Shown here: positions 11,380 to 22,606 of the stretch, one piece after another
Layout: the number at the start of each line of letters is the position of its first letter
Numbering within the stretch: position 1 is the stretch's first letter
Assembly: GCA_041175505.1 (NCBI GenBank)
Contig: JBEDET010000001.1
Span: 45,733-109,732, forward strand
DNA: 64,000 bases
DNA from: Pseudomonadota bacterium
GTDB lineage: Bacteria; Pseudomonadota; Alphaproteobacteria; Sphingomonadales; Sphingomonadaceae
Direction of reading: 5' to 3'
The notes under the pieces: generated by a model
Database searches by the model: none
Told to the model about the DNA's origin: nothing
Seen by the model: only the letters and a program-made list of their open reading frames with translations
Position numbers and translations under genes: made by a program

Positions 11380-12459
11380 TTAAACGTCGTCTTCCGCGTC
11401 AGGCCCTGTCATCAGGACTTCAGCGACTTCTTCGGTCTTGCCCCGAATGGCGGCTTCCAACCGTGCCGCGACTTCAGGGTTTTCCGTAAGATAGGTTTTT
11501 GAATTCTCACGACCCTGTCCAATACGGATCGAGTCATAGCTGAACCAGCTGCCGGACTTTTCGACAATTCCAGCCTTCACGCCCAGATCCAAAAGTTCAC
11601 CGGTCTTGGAAATACCTTCGCCATACATGATGTCGAACTCGACCTGCTTGAACGGTGGAGCTACCTTGTTTTTCACAACCTTCACGCGGGTTGTGTTGCC
11701 CACAATATCTTCACCAGACTTAATCTGACCCGTGCGGCGAATATCCAAACGAACCGAGGCATAAAATTTCAACGCATTACCGCCCGTGGTCGTTTCGGGT
11801 GAACCATACATCACACCGATTTTCATACGGATCTGGTTGATGAAAATCACCATGCAGTTCGACCGGCTGATCGAACCTGTAATTTTGCGAAGCGCCTGGC
11901 TCATCAAACGGGCTTGCAAGCCGACATGGCTGTCGCCCATTTCGCCTTCGATTTCGGCGCGCGGCACAAGTGCAGCAACCGAGTCGATAACCAAAATGTC
12001 GACTGCGTTAGAACGCACCAGCGTATCTGCAATTTCGAGTGCTTGCTCACCCGTGTCGGGCTGCGACACGATGAGGTTATCAATATCGACACCCAATTTC
12101 TTCGCATAGCCCGGATCCAGCGCATGCTCTGCATCGATAAATGCCGCCGTACCGCCTGCCTTCTGCGCCTCTGCAATTGCATGCAGGGTCAGCGTGGTCT
12201 TACCCGAGCTTTCTGGTCCATAAATTTCAATGACCCGCCCCTTAGGCAGACCGCCAATGCCGAGCGCAATATCCAGACCAAGCGAGCCTGTGGACACTGC
12301 ATCAATAGCAATAGCCTCACGACTACCCAGCTTCATCGCCGAGCCTTTACCAAAAGCGCGATCAATCTGCGCGAGCGCCGCTTCTAACGCCTTTTCACGT
12401 TCCGAACTTTTCATACCGTTTGCCTGATTCCCATCGACCATTTTAAGACTTGCTGCCAT
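11380..12459 (-). CDS. recA: Recombinase RecA
   Basis: [17 protein letters not shown] and [12 protein letters not shown]. Confidence 0.99.
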   Translation of the reverse strand: MAASLKMVDGNQANGMKSSEREKALEAALAQIDRAFGKGSAMKLGSREAIAIDAVSTGSLGLDIALGIGGLPKGRVIEIYGPESSGKTTLTLHAIAEAQKAGGTAAFIDAEHALDPGYAKKLGVDIDNLIVSQPDTGEQALEIADTLVRSNAVDILVIDSVAALVPRAEIEGEMGDSHVGLQARLMSQALRKITGSISRSNCMVIFINQIRMKIGVMYGSPETTTGGNALKFYASVRLDIRRTGQIKSGEDIVGNTTRVKVVKNKVAPPFKQVEFDIMYGEGISKTGELLDLGVKAGIVEKSGSWFSYDSIRIGQGRENSKTYLTENPEVAARLEAAIRGKTEEVAEVLMTGPDAEDDV

Positions 12460-12516
12460 TTTTCCACTCCTTTAGCGTCATGCCTGTTCCAGATTATCAT
12501 CCGGAATAACCATTAT

Positions 12517-12551
12517 GTACACCTTCTGTTCCAAAAGAACAAGAGCGGAAC
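12517..12551. promoter_or_regulatory. Two LexA (SOS) boxes upstream of recA
   Basis: GTAC-N7-GTTC at 12517-12531 and GAAC-N7-GAAC at 12537-12551, matching the alphaproteobacterial GTTC-N7-GTTC consensus. Confidence 0.85.
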
Positions 12552-12585
12552 AAAATTATTTATACGTTTATTTTCAATACCTAAA

Positions 12586-14946
12586 CTAATTAGCCTTCAC
12601 GAGCGCGTCGTGGACCGCTTCCGCAATTTGCTGAACTGAAAATGGCTTAGCAAGGAACGACACATTGTCGAGGCTGATCGTCTCGCGCAACTGCTCCTCT
12701 GCGTAACCGGACATGAACAACAGGCGGATGTCCCCATATGTGTCACGCAAATTGCGTGCCATTGTCGGGCCATCCATATTGGGCATGACCACGTCCGAGA
12801 CGATGAGGTCATATCGCTTGCCTTCTGCAAAAAGCTCAAGCGCTTGCTCGCCATCGCTTGCGGTTTCCACGACATAGCCCTGCCGAGCCAAAGCGCGCTC
12901 TGCGACTGCACGCACCATGTCTTCGTCTTCAACAATCAAGACCCGCCCGTTGCCCCACAAATCCTTGGGCTTGTAAAATTCCTTTTTGCCCATCCCGGCA
13001 ACAGTTGCTTCCCCGCGATGCACGGGTAAGAAGATGTCGAAGCGCGTTCCTTTACCGACTTTTGACTCGGCAAAAATGAACCCGCCCGATTGCTTAACAA
13101 TGCCGTAGACGGTGGAGAGACCAAGCCCAGTCCCCTTCCCCAGTTCCTTGGTTGTGAAAAATGGTTCGAATATCTTGGACAGATTTTCTTTGGAAATACC
13201 GACACCACTGTCTTCTACGGATAATTTGACATAGTCACCAATGGGCAAAAACTCTTTGCCCATTGCAGCGACTTCCTGCTGCCCCACCGCCAATGTGCTT
13301 ATGTGCACCACGCCGCCCTTGGGCATCGCGTCGCGCGCATTTACGCCCAAATTGATGATCACCTGCTCAAGTTGCCCCGGGTCAGCGCGCACAGCGCCGA
13401 CATTACGCCCGTGATGCACCTCAAGCCGGACAGTCTCGCCAAGCAATCGCTTTAGCAAGCTGGATACATCGGCCACAACATTTGCCAACTGCAATATCTG
13501 CGGACGCAATGTCTGCTGACGGGAGAATGCGAGCAACTGACGGGTCAGGCTGGCCGCGCGATTTGAGTTATTCTTGATCTGCTGAATATCGTCATAATCG
13601 CCATCGCCGGGCTGATGCCGCAACAGCATGAGGTCGCAATATCCGATAATCGCAGTCAGGATGTTGTTGAAATCATGCGCAACACCGCCCGCCAACTGCC
13701 CGATCGATTCCATCTTCGTTTGTTGGGCGACCTGCCGCTTCAGCGTTATCTCTTCACTATTATCCTTAAGTCCAAGCAGAACCGCAGCGTCGCCAAGCCC
13801 ACGCACGCCAGCGATGGAAAGCGCAATGACTTCGTCGGGTCGCTCTTTCAACCGAATGACGATGTCCCCTGACGTCATGGAGCCACTACCATAGCGGCGA
13901 ATGCTATCCAGAACCGCGCCTTTGTCTTCGGAAATGACCAGATCGCCCGGATAAGGGGGCAATTTGGTCGGTTCTACATCCAGCACGCGTGCAAATGCTT
14001 CGTTGGCAAACAGGAACCGGCCATCGCGATCAACAAGAGCCAGTCCCAGAGGTAGTGTGGAGAGCAATTGCTCAACATGGGCCAGCGCGAGGCCGCGGTC
14101 GACCTTTGCACCCTCTTCGTCCACCGCGAGCAGCAAGGCGGAGCCTTCCACATCATGTGCGTTCAACGGCACGTGCAAAAGCCGGATAGGCAAGCCGCGA
14201 CGTCCTTCGCGTTCAAAAAACACGCTACCCTTGTCGTCCATCCGCACAAAATCTGCGAATGAACGGCCAGTAAGGGGAACTTGATCCGTGCCCGTTGCGC
14301 GCAAGGCAAAAGCAGCGTTTGCCGCACGAACGCAGCCGTCGGGACCGACAGCGACAGCCATGACGCCGCTGCCGGACATGGCACACCCGATACGTCCGGT
14401 AATCAGCGCAATCGCACGGCTTTCAATGGCAATCCGCTCAATGGGCGCGAGTTTCCATAATAGATATTCGTCAGAGGCGCCCGCGCGCGCAACCTTCACG
14501 CTATATGCGCGGTGGCCATCCGTGATATTATCGATATGGGCACTGCCGTCGCGCCATGCTCCACGACCTGCCGCGACCATCAAAGATTGGCTCGATTCAT
14601 CCAGCCCCAGATCCGGTGGCGCTTTCAGTCCGGGAAACGCTTTCGTAAAATGGTCATTTGCGCATACCAGCCGACCAGCGCGGTCACTTATGGCGATTGC
14701 AGCGTCGCTCAACTGCGTGGCAGCGTGCGCGATGGACCAATCCGGCGGCGAGACATCGACGACATCCTCGACCGAGCCCGCATGTCGGAAAAAGTGAATG
14801 AGCGCGCCGGCCGCAACAATGACAGCGGCGCATGAACCGACAAGAATGATGTTGCCCGTCGAAAACCACAATATCGCCAGCGACAATAAGGTTGCGAGCG
14901 CCAGTACCGCCAGCTGACGCACATCCAGCTTGGCGGATTGATCCAT
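12586..14946 (-). CDS. cckA: Hybrid sensor histidine kinase/response regulator CckA
   Basis: Two TM helices, PAS-like repeats, [13 protein letters not shown]-box, KGTGLGLS and a receiver domain ([10 protein letters not shown]). It lies next to recA. The start is uncertain (ATG 14946 or TTG 14994). Confidence 0.88.
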   Translation of the reverse strand: MDQSAKLDVRQLAVLALATLLSLAILWFSTGNIILVGSCAAVIVAAGALIHFFRHAGSVEDVVDVSPPDWSIAHAATQLSDAAIAISDRAGRLVCANDHFTKAFPGLKAPPDLGLDESSQSLMVAAGRGAWRDGSAHIDNITDGHRAYSVKVARAGASDEYLLWKLAPIERIAIESRAIALITGRIGCAMSGSGVMAVAVGPDGCVRAANAAFALRATGTDQVPLTGRSFADFVRMDDKGSVFFEREGRRGLPIRLLHVPLNAHDVEGSALLLAVDEEGAKVDRGLALAHVEQLLSTLPLGLALVDRDGRFLFANEAFARVLDVEPTKLPPYPGDLVISEDKGAVLDSIRRYGSGSMTSGDIVIRLKERPDEVIALSIAGVRGLGDAAVLLGLKDNSEEITLKRQVAQQTKMESIGQLAGGVAHDFNNILTAIIGYCDLMLLRHQPGDGDYDDIQQIKNNSNRAASLTRQLLAFSRQQTLRPQILQLANVVADVSSLLKRLLGETVRLEVHHGRNVGAVRADPGQLEQVIINLGVNARDAMPKGGVVHISTLAVGQQEVAAMGKEFLPIGDYVKLSVEDSGVGISKENLSKIFEPFFTTKELGKGTGLGLSTVYGIVKQSGGFIFAESKVGKGTRFDIFLPVHRGEATVAGMGKKEFYKPKDLWGNGRVLIVEDEDMVRAVAERALARQGYVVETASDGEQALELFAEGKRYDLIVSDVVMPNMDGPTMARNLRDTYGDIRLLFMSGYAEEQLRETISLDNVSFLAKPFSVQQIAEAVHDALVKAN

Positions 14947-15003
14947 ATCCCCGCCAAATATCTGGAATTGGGTCGGCGGGGATATCTTGTTCAAAGCGGT
15001 TCC

Positions 15004-15282
15004 TTACCAGATGCGAACGCGGTCCTCAGACTTGAGGTACAATTTTCCGTCTGCTTTTGGCTGGAACGCATCGTACCATTTGTCAAGATTGCGAACGATC
15101 CACGCGCGTTGTTCCGACGGGCTGTGCGGGTCGGTGATCAAGCGCTGACGCAAATTTGCCTCACGATAATTGCTGCGCCCTAGCTGCGCCCAGCCAAGGA
15201 AAAAGCGCTGATCGCCGGACATTCCGTCAATCACCAACCCAGTTGCGCCCCCTGTTTAGACGGCTCTTGCATCATATGAGAT
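15004..15282 (-). pseudogene. C-terminal remnant of an M13-family metallopeptidase (PepO/neprilysin-like)
   Basis: Reads ISYDARAV*TGGATGLVIDGMSGDQRFFLGWAQ...TDPHSP...RVRIW*, with an in-frame TAA at 15256-15258. There is no N-terminal domain and no HEXXH. Confidence 0.85.
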
Positions 15283-15324
15283 TGGCTGTGCGCGAAAGCT
15301 GGTGTGGCAAAAGGCTAAAAAAGC

Positions 15325-15891
15325 TTATCCACGAGACGCAATTGACTTTGACCGGCGTCGCCATTTGGCGCTTATCCGCCAGCGCCAGAACCACGCCGAG
15401 AGCACATAACCGATGACAGCCGCCGCGATGGATATGATCCCAAGCCCTGCAATTCCTTGCACCAACGCCAAAGGCGCTTCGTTCCAGACATAATCACCCC
15501 ACGCGGACAGCGGCGCCGATGTCTCAATAAGTTGATAAAAATGGCCTGAGCCATTGTTCAACCGCAGCACCGATTCACCGACATACACCGACCCAAGCAA
15601 AATGAATGGCGTTGTGGCCGGCATACTCAGGAACGTCATAGCCGCGCCGATCGGGATATTTGCCCGAAATGGCAGCGCAAGCAGCGCGACACCAGCGATC
15701 TGGACACCCGGTATCAAAAGGAAAATCCCGACCAACAGGCCAAGAGCTACGCCCCGGGGGACGGAGCGCCGCGTAAAGCGCCAAAGGGCGGGATGAAAAA
15801 CGCGCTGCGCAAACGGCCGCAGAAAGCGGCTGCGTTCAAAGCTGTCGCGCGTGGGTGCTTGCCTGTGCAACCAGGTATCAAACTTACTCAT
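15325..15891 (-). CDS. DUF2062-family membrane protein
   Basis: [22 protein letters not shown] and hydrophobic helices. ATGA overlap with smpB. Confidence 0.8.
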   Translation of the reverse strand: MSKFDTWLHRQAPTRDSFERSRFLRPFAQRVFHPALWRFTRRSVPRGVALGLLVGIFLLIPGVQIAGVALLALPFRANIPIGAAMTFLSMPATTPFILLGSVYVGESVLRLNNGSGHFYQLIETSAPLSAWGDYVWNEAPLALVQGIAGLGIISIAAAVIGYVLSAWFWRWRISAKWRRRSKSIASRG

Positions 15892-16370
15892 CCACGGTCG
15901 CGCATAATGCGTCCCTGCTCACGCTTCCAATCCCGTTCTTTCTCGGTCGCACGCTTATCAGGCGCCTTTTTGCCCTTCGCCAACGCCAATTCCACTTTCG
16001 CCCTGCCGCGTCCATTGAAATAAATCGATAGAGGCACAAGCGTCATGCCCTGCCGCATCACCGCGCCATGCAGCTTGTTTATTTCGCGCTCGTTCAACAG
16101 CAACTTTCTGGGCCGCTTTGGCTCGTGGTTAAACCTGTTCCCGTGGCTGAATTCGGGGATATTCGCGTTAATTAACCAAATCTGATCGTCGCGAACTTCA
16201 GCATAGCTCTCGGCGATGGACCCTTCGCCAAAGCGCAAAGATTTCACTTCGGTTCCGGTCAGGACAATTCCGGCCTCATATTTATCATCGATATGAAAAT
16301 CATAACGGGCCCGCCGGTTTTCGGCGACCGTTTTGACTTTGTTGAACGCTTCGGGTTTTGGACGCGTCAT
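15888..16370 (-). CDS. smpB: SsrA-binding protein SmpB
   Basis: [23 protein letters not shown] and GKKAPDKR. Confidence 0.98.
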   Translation of the reverse strand: MTRPKPEAFNKVKTVAENRRARYDFHIDDKYEAGIVLTGTEVKSLRFGEGSIAESYAEVRDDQIWLINANIPEFSHGNRFNHEPKRPRKLLLNEREINKLHGAVMRQGMTLVPLSIYFNGRGRAKVELALAKGKKAPDKRATEKERDWKREQGRIMRDRG

Positions 16371-17245
16371 TAAATAAGCCCTGCATTCTCCAAGGCGGCA
16401 TCAACCTGACGACGGCTCGCCTCACTTGGCGGGGTCATTGGTAAGCGCAACTCGGTTGGAAAACCGTCGATGACGCGTGACAATGCATATTTAATTGGGC
16501 CCGGCGATGCGTCAGAAAACAACGCTAAATGAATTGGATACAGCTTATCATTCAGTTGACGTGCCAAGTTATAATCACCCGATGCACATGCCGCCTGAAA
16601 TTCTGCGCATAATTTCGGCGCAACATTGGCCGTAACCGAAATGCACCCGCGCCCGCCTGCGGCATTGAACGCAAGCGACTGTTCGTCGACGCCTGAAAGT
16701 AAGCAGAAATCAGGTCCGCAGGCCAAGCGATGGTCCGTTACGCGTGGCATGTCACCGCTTGCGTCCTTGATACCGATCACCGTCGGCAACTGCGCAAGGC
16801 GCGCAACCGTTTCTGGCTTGATGTCCGTCACAGTACGCGCAGGAACATTGTAGAGCACGATAGGCAGATCGTTCTTCTTGGTCATTGCCTCGAAATGCGC
16901 GTAAATGCCCTCTTGGTTGGGGCGGTTATAATAAGGGGCGACAACCAGTCCGGCAGCCGCGCCGCTTTTCTTTGAAAAGTTCAGATGGAGAATGGCGTTA
17001 TTGGTGTCATTCGACCCACAGCCGGCAATCACGGGCACGCGTCCAGCGGCTTGCTCGATACACACTTCGATCACACGATGATGCTCTGCATTCGACAGCG
17101 TTGACGCCTCACCGGTCGTCCCTGCAGGCACCAGCGCGCTTGATCCTTGGTCGATTTGCCAATCGATCAACGCACGAAAATGCTTTTCGCTAAACGCTCC
17201 GTCGCAAAAAGGAGTCACTAGAGCCGGTATCGATCCCGAAAACAT
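16370..17245 (-). CDS. dapA: 4-hydroxy-tetrahydrodipicolinate synthase
   Basis: GTTGEA, APYYN, LYNVP and GIKDA. Confidence 0.96.
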   Translation of the reverse strand: MFSGSIPALVTPFCDGAFSEKHFRALIDWQIDQGSSALVPAGTTGEASTLSNAEHHRVIEVCIEQAAGRVPVIAGCGSNDTNNAILHLNFSKKSGAAAGLVVAPYYNRPNQEGIYAHFEAMTKKNDLPIVLYNVPARTVTDIKPETVARLAQLPTVIGIKDASGDMPRVTDHRLACGPDFCLLSGVDEQSLAFNAAGGRGCISVTANVAPKLCAEFQAACASGDYNLARQLNDKLYPIHLALFSDASPGPIKYALSRVIDGFPTELRLPMTPPSEASRRQVDAALENAGLI

Positions 17246-17332
17246 AGCATAACACTTTCAATCTGGGCCATATAGGCCGCTAAGGGCTATATAGTCGTTC
17301 GTTCAGCACCTGATAAGGATGGGGCACATAAT

Positions 17333-19366
17333 ATGTCCAGCATGGTAAAGCATCTCATTTCGGCATCTATGCTGATAATTCCGTTTTCGACCGCTGTGGC
17401 GGCACAACAAAGTGATGGCATAACGTGGCAGCGCGGTACGGGACAAGCCCCTGCTGCTGCTGCGCCCACTGCGCAAATGCCGCAGGCCCCGGCCGTGCAA
17501 TATGACCCAAGCGAAGGGCAAGTCCCTGCCGCGTTGCAACGTTGGAAAATGCTCAGCGCTCCAGGCAATTTCACCTTTGGCGAATATGCGTCATTTTTGA
17601 TGCGCTATCCCGATTGGCCAAATAGCGACGAAATGCGCAAGAACGCAGAACAGGCGATCAATCCTCTGTCATTGTCGCCCAGTCAGGTTGTGGCCTTCTT
17701 TGACCGCTTCCCTCCCCTCACCAACGCGGGGCGTGCGCGGTTCGCAATTGCGCTTCACGCATCGGGCGACACATCGCGCGCTGAAGCACAAGCGCGCGCG
17801 GCATGGCGCGGTGGTGCCCTAAACGATGACGACGAAGCACGTATGTTCCGCATCGCCGGCAATCGTTTTACGTCCGCTGACCATGACGCCCGCGTTGACC
17901 GCCTGTTATGGTCGGGCTCAACACGCGGCGCAGAACGCTGGATAGCCTACACCTCTCCACAACGTCGCCCCGCCTTTGTTGCGGCGCTCGCCACCCGCAT
18001 GAAAGCCCCCGATGCTGATCAAAAAGTTCAGGACGCCGGATCACTGGCCAATAGTGAAGCGAGCTTAATCGCTGCCAGAGCAGACTCCATGCGGTCCTCC
18101 GGCAACAGCATTGGTGCGCGCGAATTGCTGGCGAACCGCGCCAATCTTGCTGCGCCTGTACCTGTTCTGAAGGACTGGTATCAATTGCTGCTGACGCATG
18201 CGCAGGCGGCCGCGAATGACGGCCAATATGACGTCGCGTACCGCATAGCCTCACGCGTTGACGACGCAACGCCGCGCGGCCTTGTCATGATCGATCAAGA
18301 TATCGCCACACGCGATCGCTATACCAGCCTGACATGGCTTGCGGGCATGACGGCGATGGAAAGGCTTGGCCGCCCTGGTGACGCTGTTGCGATGTTCGAA
18401 CGCTATGCGTCCGCTGCAAAATCGGCGCAAACCCGATCAAAAGGCTTACACTTTGCTGGCAAAGCTGCTGCCAAGGCGGGCGATCAAGCGTCGGCCACCC
18501 GCTATCATGAACAAGCCGCGGCGTATTATGAGAGCTTTTTTGGCCAGTTGTCGCTTGAACAGCTTCGGCGTCCCCTGCCTCAAGTGCCACGCATTACCCC
18601 CGCCGCACCCGTTTTGGCGGAAGGCGATGTACCGGCAGTCTATTTGGCCGCAGCCCTCGCCTCCAAATATGGAAGTTGGAAGGACCAAAGCAATTTCTTC
18701 AGGGCCATTGCGCGAAATGCCAAGGATCCGGGTGATTTTGCAACAGCCATTGGCCTTTCCCAAAAGCTGGGCCGTCCCGATCTCGCGGTGATGGCGGGTC
18801 GCAGCGCCCGATCGGCCGGTATTCCCGAACTTTTGGGAAACAGCTACCCAACGGTCAATATTCCCGCCGCGCATCACCAGACATGGACGCTTGCCCATGC
18901 GATCATGCGGCAGGAAAGCCAGTTTGACCGGGCGGCCGAAAGCCACGCGGGTGCACGCGGTCTGATGCAGCTCATGCCCGGCACCGCGCGCGAAACATCG
19001 GGCAAAATCGCGATGGCATATCGCCCCGAAGCGCTGACGGTCGATACAGATTACAACATCGCCCTTGGCGCGACATATATCGAACGGATGCTGAATTATT
19101 TTGGCGGCAGCTACCCCCTCGCAATTGCCGCGTATAATGGCGGCCCCGGCAATGTGAACAAATGGCTAAAGGCTTATGGTGACCCGCGCACGGGCAGCAT
19201 CGGCATGATGGAATGGATCGAAAAAATCCCGCTGAGCGAGACACGCGATTATGTTTACCGCGTGCTGGAAAATGCGGTGATGTACGATCATCTCCACCCC
19301 GAACGCGCGCGCGTGCGGTCGGCAACACCTCTCAGCACATATCTGGGCAAATCAAGCCCGGGGTGA
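17333..19366 (+). CDS. Soluble lytic murein transglycosylase (Slt-like)
   Basis: Signal peptide, helical repeats, IMRQESQFD, ARGLMQLMP, AAYNGGPG and ETRDYV. Confidence 0.93.
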   Translation: MSSMVKHLISASMLIIPFSTAVAAQQSDGITWQRGTGQAPAAAAPTAQMPQAPAVQYDPSEGQVPAALQRWKMLSAPGNFTFGEYASFLMRYPDWPNSDEMRKNAEQAINPLSLSPSQVVAFFDRFPPLTNAGRARFAIALHASGDTSRAEAQARAAWRGGALNDDDEARMFRIAGNRFTSADHDARVDRLLWSGSTRGAERWIAYTSPQRRPAFVAALATRMKAPDADQKVQDAGSLANSEASLIAARADSMRSSGNSIGARELLANRANLAAPVPVLKDWYQLLLTHAQAAANDGQYDVAYRIASRVDDATPRGLVMIDQDIATRDRYTSLTWLAGMTAMERLGRPGDAVAMFERYASAAKSAQTRSKGLHFAGKAAAKAGDQASATRYHEQAAAYYESFFGQLSLEQLRRPLPQVPRITPAAPVLAEGDVPAVYLAAALASKYGSWKDQSNFFRAIARNAKDPGDFATAIGLSQKLGRPDLAVMAGRSARSAGIPELLGNSYPTVNIPAAHHQTWTLAHAIMRQESQFDRAAESHAGARGLMQLMPGTARETSGKIAMAYRPEALTVDTDYNIALGATYIERMLNYFGGSYPLAIAAYNGGPGNVNKWLKAYGDPRTGSIGMMEWIEKIPLSETRDYVYRVLENAVMYDHLHPERARVRSATPLSTYLGKSSPG

Positions 19367-19378
19367 CATAGAGGCGCC

Positions 19379-19864
19379 ATGGAGCGCACAAACCCCATTA
19401 CCCCTGCCGGATTCGCAGCCTTGCGCGCGCGGTACGAACAATTGTTCGCGGTCGAACGCCCCGCAGTTGTCGAAATCGTCCACTGGGCGGCGGGCAATGG
19501 CGACCGAAGCGAGAATGGCGACTATATTTACGGCCGGCAGAAGCTGCGCGCGATCGACCGTGAACTCGGCCAGCTTTCCAAGAAAATGAAAGTTGCAAAG
19601 GTCCTCGACCCGTCGAAGCAGGAAGACCGAGACCGCGTGTTTTTCGGCGCGACCGTTACGTTGGCCGATATCGACGACGTGGAGCGCGTCATTACGTTGG
19701 TCGGCGATGACGAGGCCGATGCAAGCCATGGCCGCATCGGATGGAACGCGCCGCTGGCCCGCGCCCTGCGTGGTGCGCGCGTGGGTGATGTCAAAACGGT
19801 AACCTTGCCGACGGGGCCCAAAGAATGGGAAGTCGTCGGGATTGCCTATCCAATAGGGGAATAG
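19379..19864 (+). CDS. greB: Transcription elongation factor GreB
   Basis: WAAGNGDRSENGDYIYG and PLARAL. Confidence 0.94.
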   Translation: MERTNPITPAGFAALRARYEQLFAVERPAVVEIVHWAAGNGDRSENGDYIYGRQKLRAIDRELGQLSKKMKVAKVLDPSKQEDRDRVFFGATVTLADIDDVERVITLVGDDEADASHGRIGWNAPLARALRGARVGDVKTVTLPTGPKEWEVVGIAYPIGE

Positions 19865-20631
19865 CAGAATGTTTTTTCGGCCAGCGCAGCAATCTCTGGT
19901 TTGGCATCAGGGAAATCTTGCGGAACGCTTGCCTCAAGCGACTCCACAACATGCTTTAGTGCAGCGATCCGTGCCGCTTTCTGGTTATTGCCATCGATAA
20001 CGGTCCATGGAGCCCAGCGCGTATGCGTGCGCTTAAACATGTCCGCCAGCGCATCCATATAGTCCGCACGCCGTTCGCGATTTCGAAAGTCCTCTGCGGT
20101 CACTTTCCAGCGCTTGGCGGGATCTCCGAGCCGCTCCATCAGCACCTTGTCCTGCGTTTCCTGTGTTACATGGAAGAACAGCTTAATGATCTTCGTGCCG
20201 ATTTCGCCCTGTCGTGACTCGAACTCGTTGATCTCGTCATATCCGCGCCGCCATTCTGCCTCGCTGCAGAATTTTTCAACGCGTTCGACCAGCACGCGAC
20301 CATAATGGCTGCGGTCCCATATGCTGATTTCCTGACTTCCGGGCAGTTTGTTCCAAAAGCGCCAGAGGAAATGCTTGTCCTTTTCCTCTGCCGTGGGCGC
20401 TGAAACGGGATAGACATGATAATAACGCGGATCGAGCGTGGCGGTCATACGCTTGATCGCGCCGCCCTTGCCAGCCGCATCCCAACCTTCAATCACGATC
20501 AACGTGCGCGCTTCGTGCAATATGTGCAGCGACTGCAGGCGCGAAAGACGGTCCTGCAGCGCTTTCAGGTCCTCATCGTAGGCACCTTCGTATTTTTTAC
20601 CGGACTCATAGTTTGAAAGATCAATCGCCAT
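19846..20631 (-). CDS. ppk2: Polyphosphate kinase 2 family protein
   Basis: EGWDAAGKGG Walker A, DRSHYGRVLVE and HTRWAPW. Start set at the ATG at 20631. Confidence 0.92.
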   Translation of the reverse strand: MAIDLSNYESGKKYEGAYDEDLKALQDRLSRLQSLHILHEARTLIVIEGWDAAGKGGAIKRMTATLDPRYYHVYPVSAPTAEEKDKHFLWRFWNKLPGSQEISIWDRSHYGRVLVERVEKFCSEAEWRRGYDEINEFESRQGEIGTKIIKLFFHVTQETQDKVLMERLGDPAKRWKVTAEDFRNRERRADYMDALADMFKRTHTRWAPWTVIDGNNQKAARIAALKHVVESLEASVPQDFPDAKPEIAALAEKTFCYSPIG

Positions 20632-20671
20632 CGGGCGACTGCAGCACCTATTCGGCCGATAGACAAGACAA

Positions 20672-20699
20672 AGCAAAACACTGTCCCCAAAAGGGACAG
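20672..20699 (-). terminator. Intrinsic terminator after aspS
   Basis: CTGTCCC-N5-GGGACAG stem followed on - by TGTTTTGCTTTG. Confidence 0.7.
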
Positions 20700-20721
20700 C
20701 GCAATGGCTTCGGTTAATGCT

Positions 20722-22512
20722 TTACGATTGCGCTTTGGGCGGCTGTTCGACGACGCGAATATTTAGTTCGCGCAACTGCTTATGCTCGGCAGGTGACGGT
20801 GCGCCCATCAGCAAATCTTCGGCGCGCTGGTTCATCGGGAACAATGTAATTTCGCGCAGATTCTGCACACCGCACAACAACATGACCATGCGGTCGACAC
20901 CAGCCGCCATACCGCCATGCGGTGGTGCACCATATTGGAATGCCCGGTACATGCCGCCAAAACGATCCTCAACATCAGCCTGCGTCAGGCCAGTCAGTTC
21001 AAACGCCTTCACCATCAGATCAGGATGCTGGTTCCGGATCGAGCCCGAGGCGAGCTCATAGCCGTTACAGACCATATCATATTGATAGGCTTTGATGGTG
21101 AGCGGATCCTGCGTCTGAAGCGCTTCCAGGCCACCTTGTGGCATCGAAAACGGGTTGTGGGCAAAATCGACCTTCTTGTCTTCCTCGCTCCATTCGTAAA
21201 ACGGGAAGTCAATAATCCAGCAAAAGCGGAATGCGTCTTTTTCAATGAGATCAAGCTGCTCACCGGTGCGGGTGCGCGCGGCACCCGCCAGCTTGGCGGC
21301 TTGCTCTTCCTTGCCCGCTGCAAAGAAGCAACCATCGTCGGGACCAAGGCCAATGGCGTCGTACAACGCCTGCATGCCTTCGTCGCCGTGGTTCTTGGCA
21401 ATGGGGCCGCCAAATTCGCCAGCCTTGCGGGTAACATAGCCCAAGCCAGCATGGCCTTCGCTGCGTGCCCATTCATTCATATCGTCAAAGAATTTGCGGC
21501 TCTTTTCCGCTGTCTTTGGCGCAGGGATAGCGCGGACAACGCCGCCGCCTTCGACGATGCGTTCAAACAGGCCGAAGCCCGATTTGGTGAAATGGCTGGT
21601 CACGTCATGAATGATGAGCGGGTTGCGCAAATCGGGCTTGTCCGTGCCGTAATCCAGCATCGCTTTTGCATGCGGAATACGTGGGAATTGGCCAGCAGGC
21701 GTGACGGTTTTGCCATCAGCAAATTTTTCAAACACGCCAGCCATTACTGGCTCCATCGTGTCCCAAACTTCTTCCTGCGTGACGAAGCTCATTTCCAGAT
21801 CGAGCTGATAAAATTCGCCCGGCAAACGGTCAGCGCGCGGATCTTCATCGCGGAAGCATGGTGCAATTTGGAAATAGCGGTCAAAGCCAGCGACCATCAG
21901 CAATTGCTTATACTGTTGCGGCGCCTGAGGCAGCGCGAAGAATTTGCCCGGGTGAATGCGGCTTGGCACCAGGAAATCGCGCGCGCCTTCGGGGCTGGAT
22001 GCCGTCAGGATGGGCGTTGAATATTCGGTAAAGCCGATATCTTCCATACGACGGCGCGTTTCGCGAATGATCTGCGTCCGCTTGACGATATTGGCGTGCA
22101 ACGTTTCGCGGCGCAAATCGAGGAACCGGTATTTCAGTCGGGTTTCTTCTGGATATTCTTGTTCACCGGCGACTGGCAAAGGCAGTTCTTCAGACTTGCT
22201 GAGCACAACGACATTGCGCGCAAAAACTTCGATCTGACCCGTGGGCAGATTTGCGTTCACGGTGGCGGCGCTGCGGGCCTTTACATCGCCATCAATGGTG
22301 ACAACGCTTTCAAGGCGCAACGCTTCGAGTATGGGCAAGGCGGGGCTATCGCTATCGGCGACAATCTGCGTCATGCCGTAATGATCGCGCAAATCGACGA
22401 ACAAAACGCCGCCATGGTCACGCTTACGGTGGACCCAGCCAGATAGGCGTACGGTTTCCCCCACGTGGGAATCGCGAAGTTCGGCGCATTTGTGCGTGCG
22501 ATAAGCGTGCAT
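20722..22512 (-). CDS. aspS: Aspartate--tRNA ligase
   Basis: [31 protein letters not shown] and APPHGG. Confidence 0.98.
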   Translation of the reverse strand: MHAYRTHKCAELRDSHVGETVRLSGWVHRKRDHGGVLFVDLRDHYGMTQIVADSDSPALPILEALRLESVVTIDGDVKARSAATVNANLPTGQIEVFARNVVVLSKSEELPLPVAGEQEYPEETRLKYRFLDLRRETLHANIVKRTQIIRETRRRMEDIGFTEYSTPILTASSPEGARDFLVPSRIHPGKFFALPQAPQQYKQLLMVAGFDRYFQIAPCFRDEDPRADRLPGEFYQLDLEMSFVTQEEVWDTMEPVMAGVFEKFADGKTVTPAGQFPRIPHAKAMLDYGTDKPDLRNPLIIHDVTSHFTKSGFGLFERIVEGGGVVRAIPAPKTAEKSRKFFDDMNEWARSEGHAGLGYVTRKAGEFGGPIAKNHGDEGMQALYDAIGLGPDDGCFFAAGKEEQAAKLAGAARTRTGEQLDLIEKDAFRFCWIIDFPFYEWSEEDKKVDFAHNPFSMPQGGLEALQTQDPLTIKAYQYDMVCNGYELASGSIRNQHPDLMVKAFELTGLTQADVEDRFGGMYRAFQYGAPPHGGMAAGVDRMVMLLCGVQNLREITLFPMNQRAEDLLMGAPSPAEHKQLRELNIRVVEQPPKAQS

Positions 22513-22606
22513 TGTTCACTCAATTCAAAAAATCTGTGGAAAGGCCGCCTAACAACCGTGCAGGGGCACTTTGTCAAGTCGGGAATGGGTGCTACGGCGA
22601 TGCGCA

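Noticed and set aside
11219-11380. Guanidine riboswitch upstream of the ureohydrolase
   Set aside because: No paired ACGR-loop hairpins or ykkC-type motifs found.
19846-19864. Convergent overlap of greB and ppk2 (also 7065-7068 for the antiporter and alaS)
   Set aside because: Short tail-to-tail overlaps are common in compact genomes and show no further signal.
20917-22020. 367-aa ORF opposite aspS
   Set aside because: Antisense shadow ORF with no family features.
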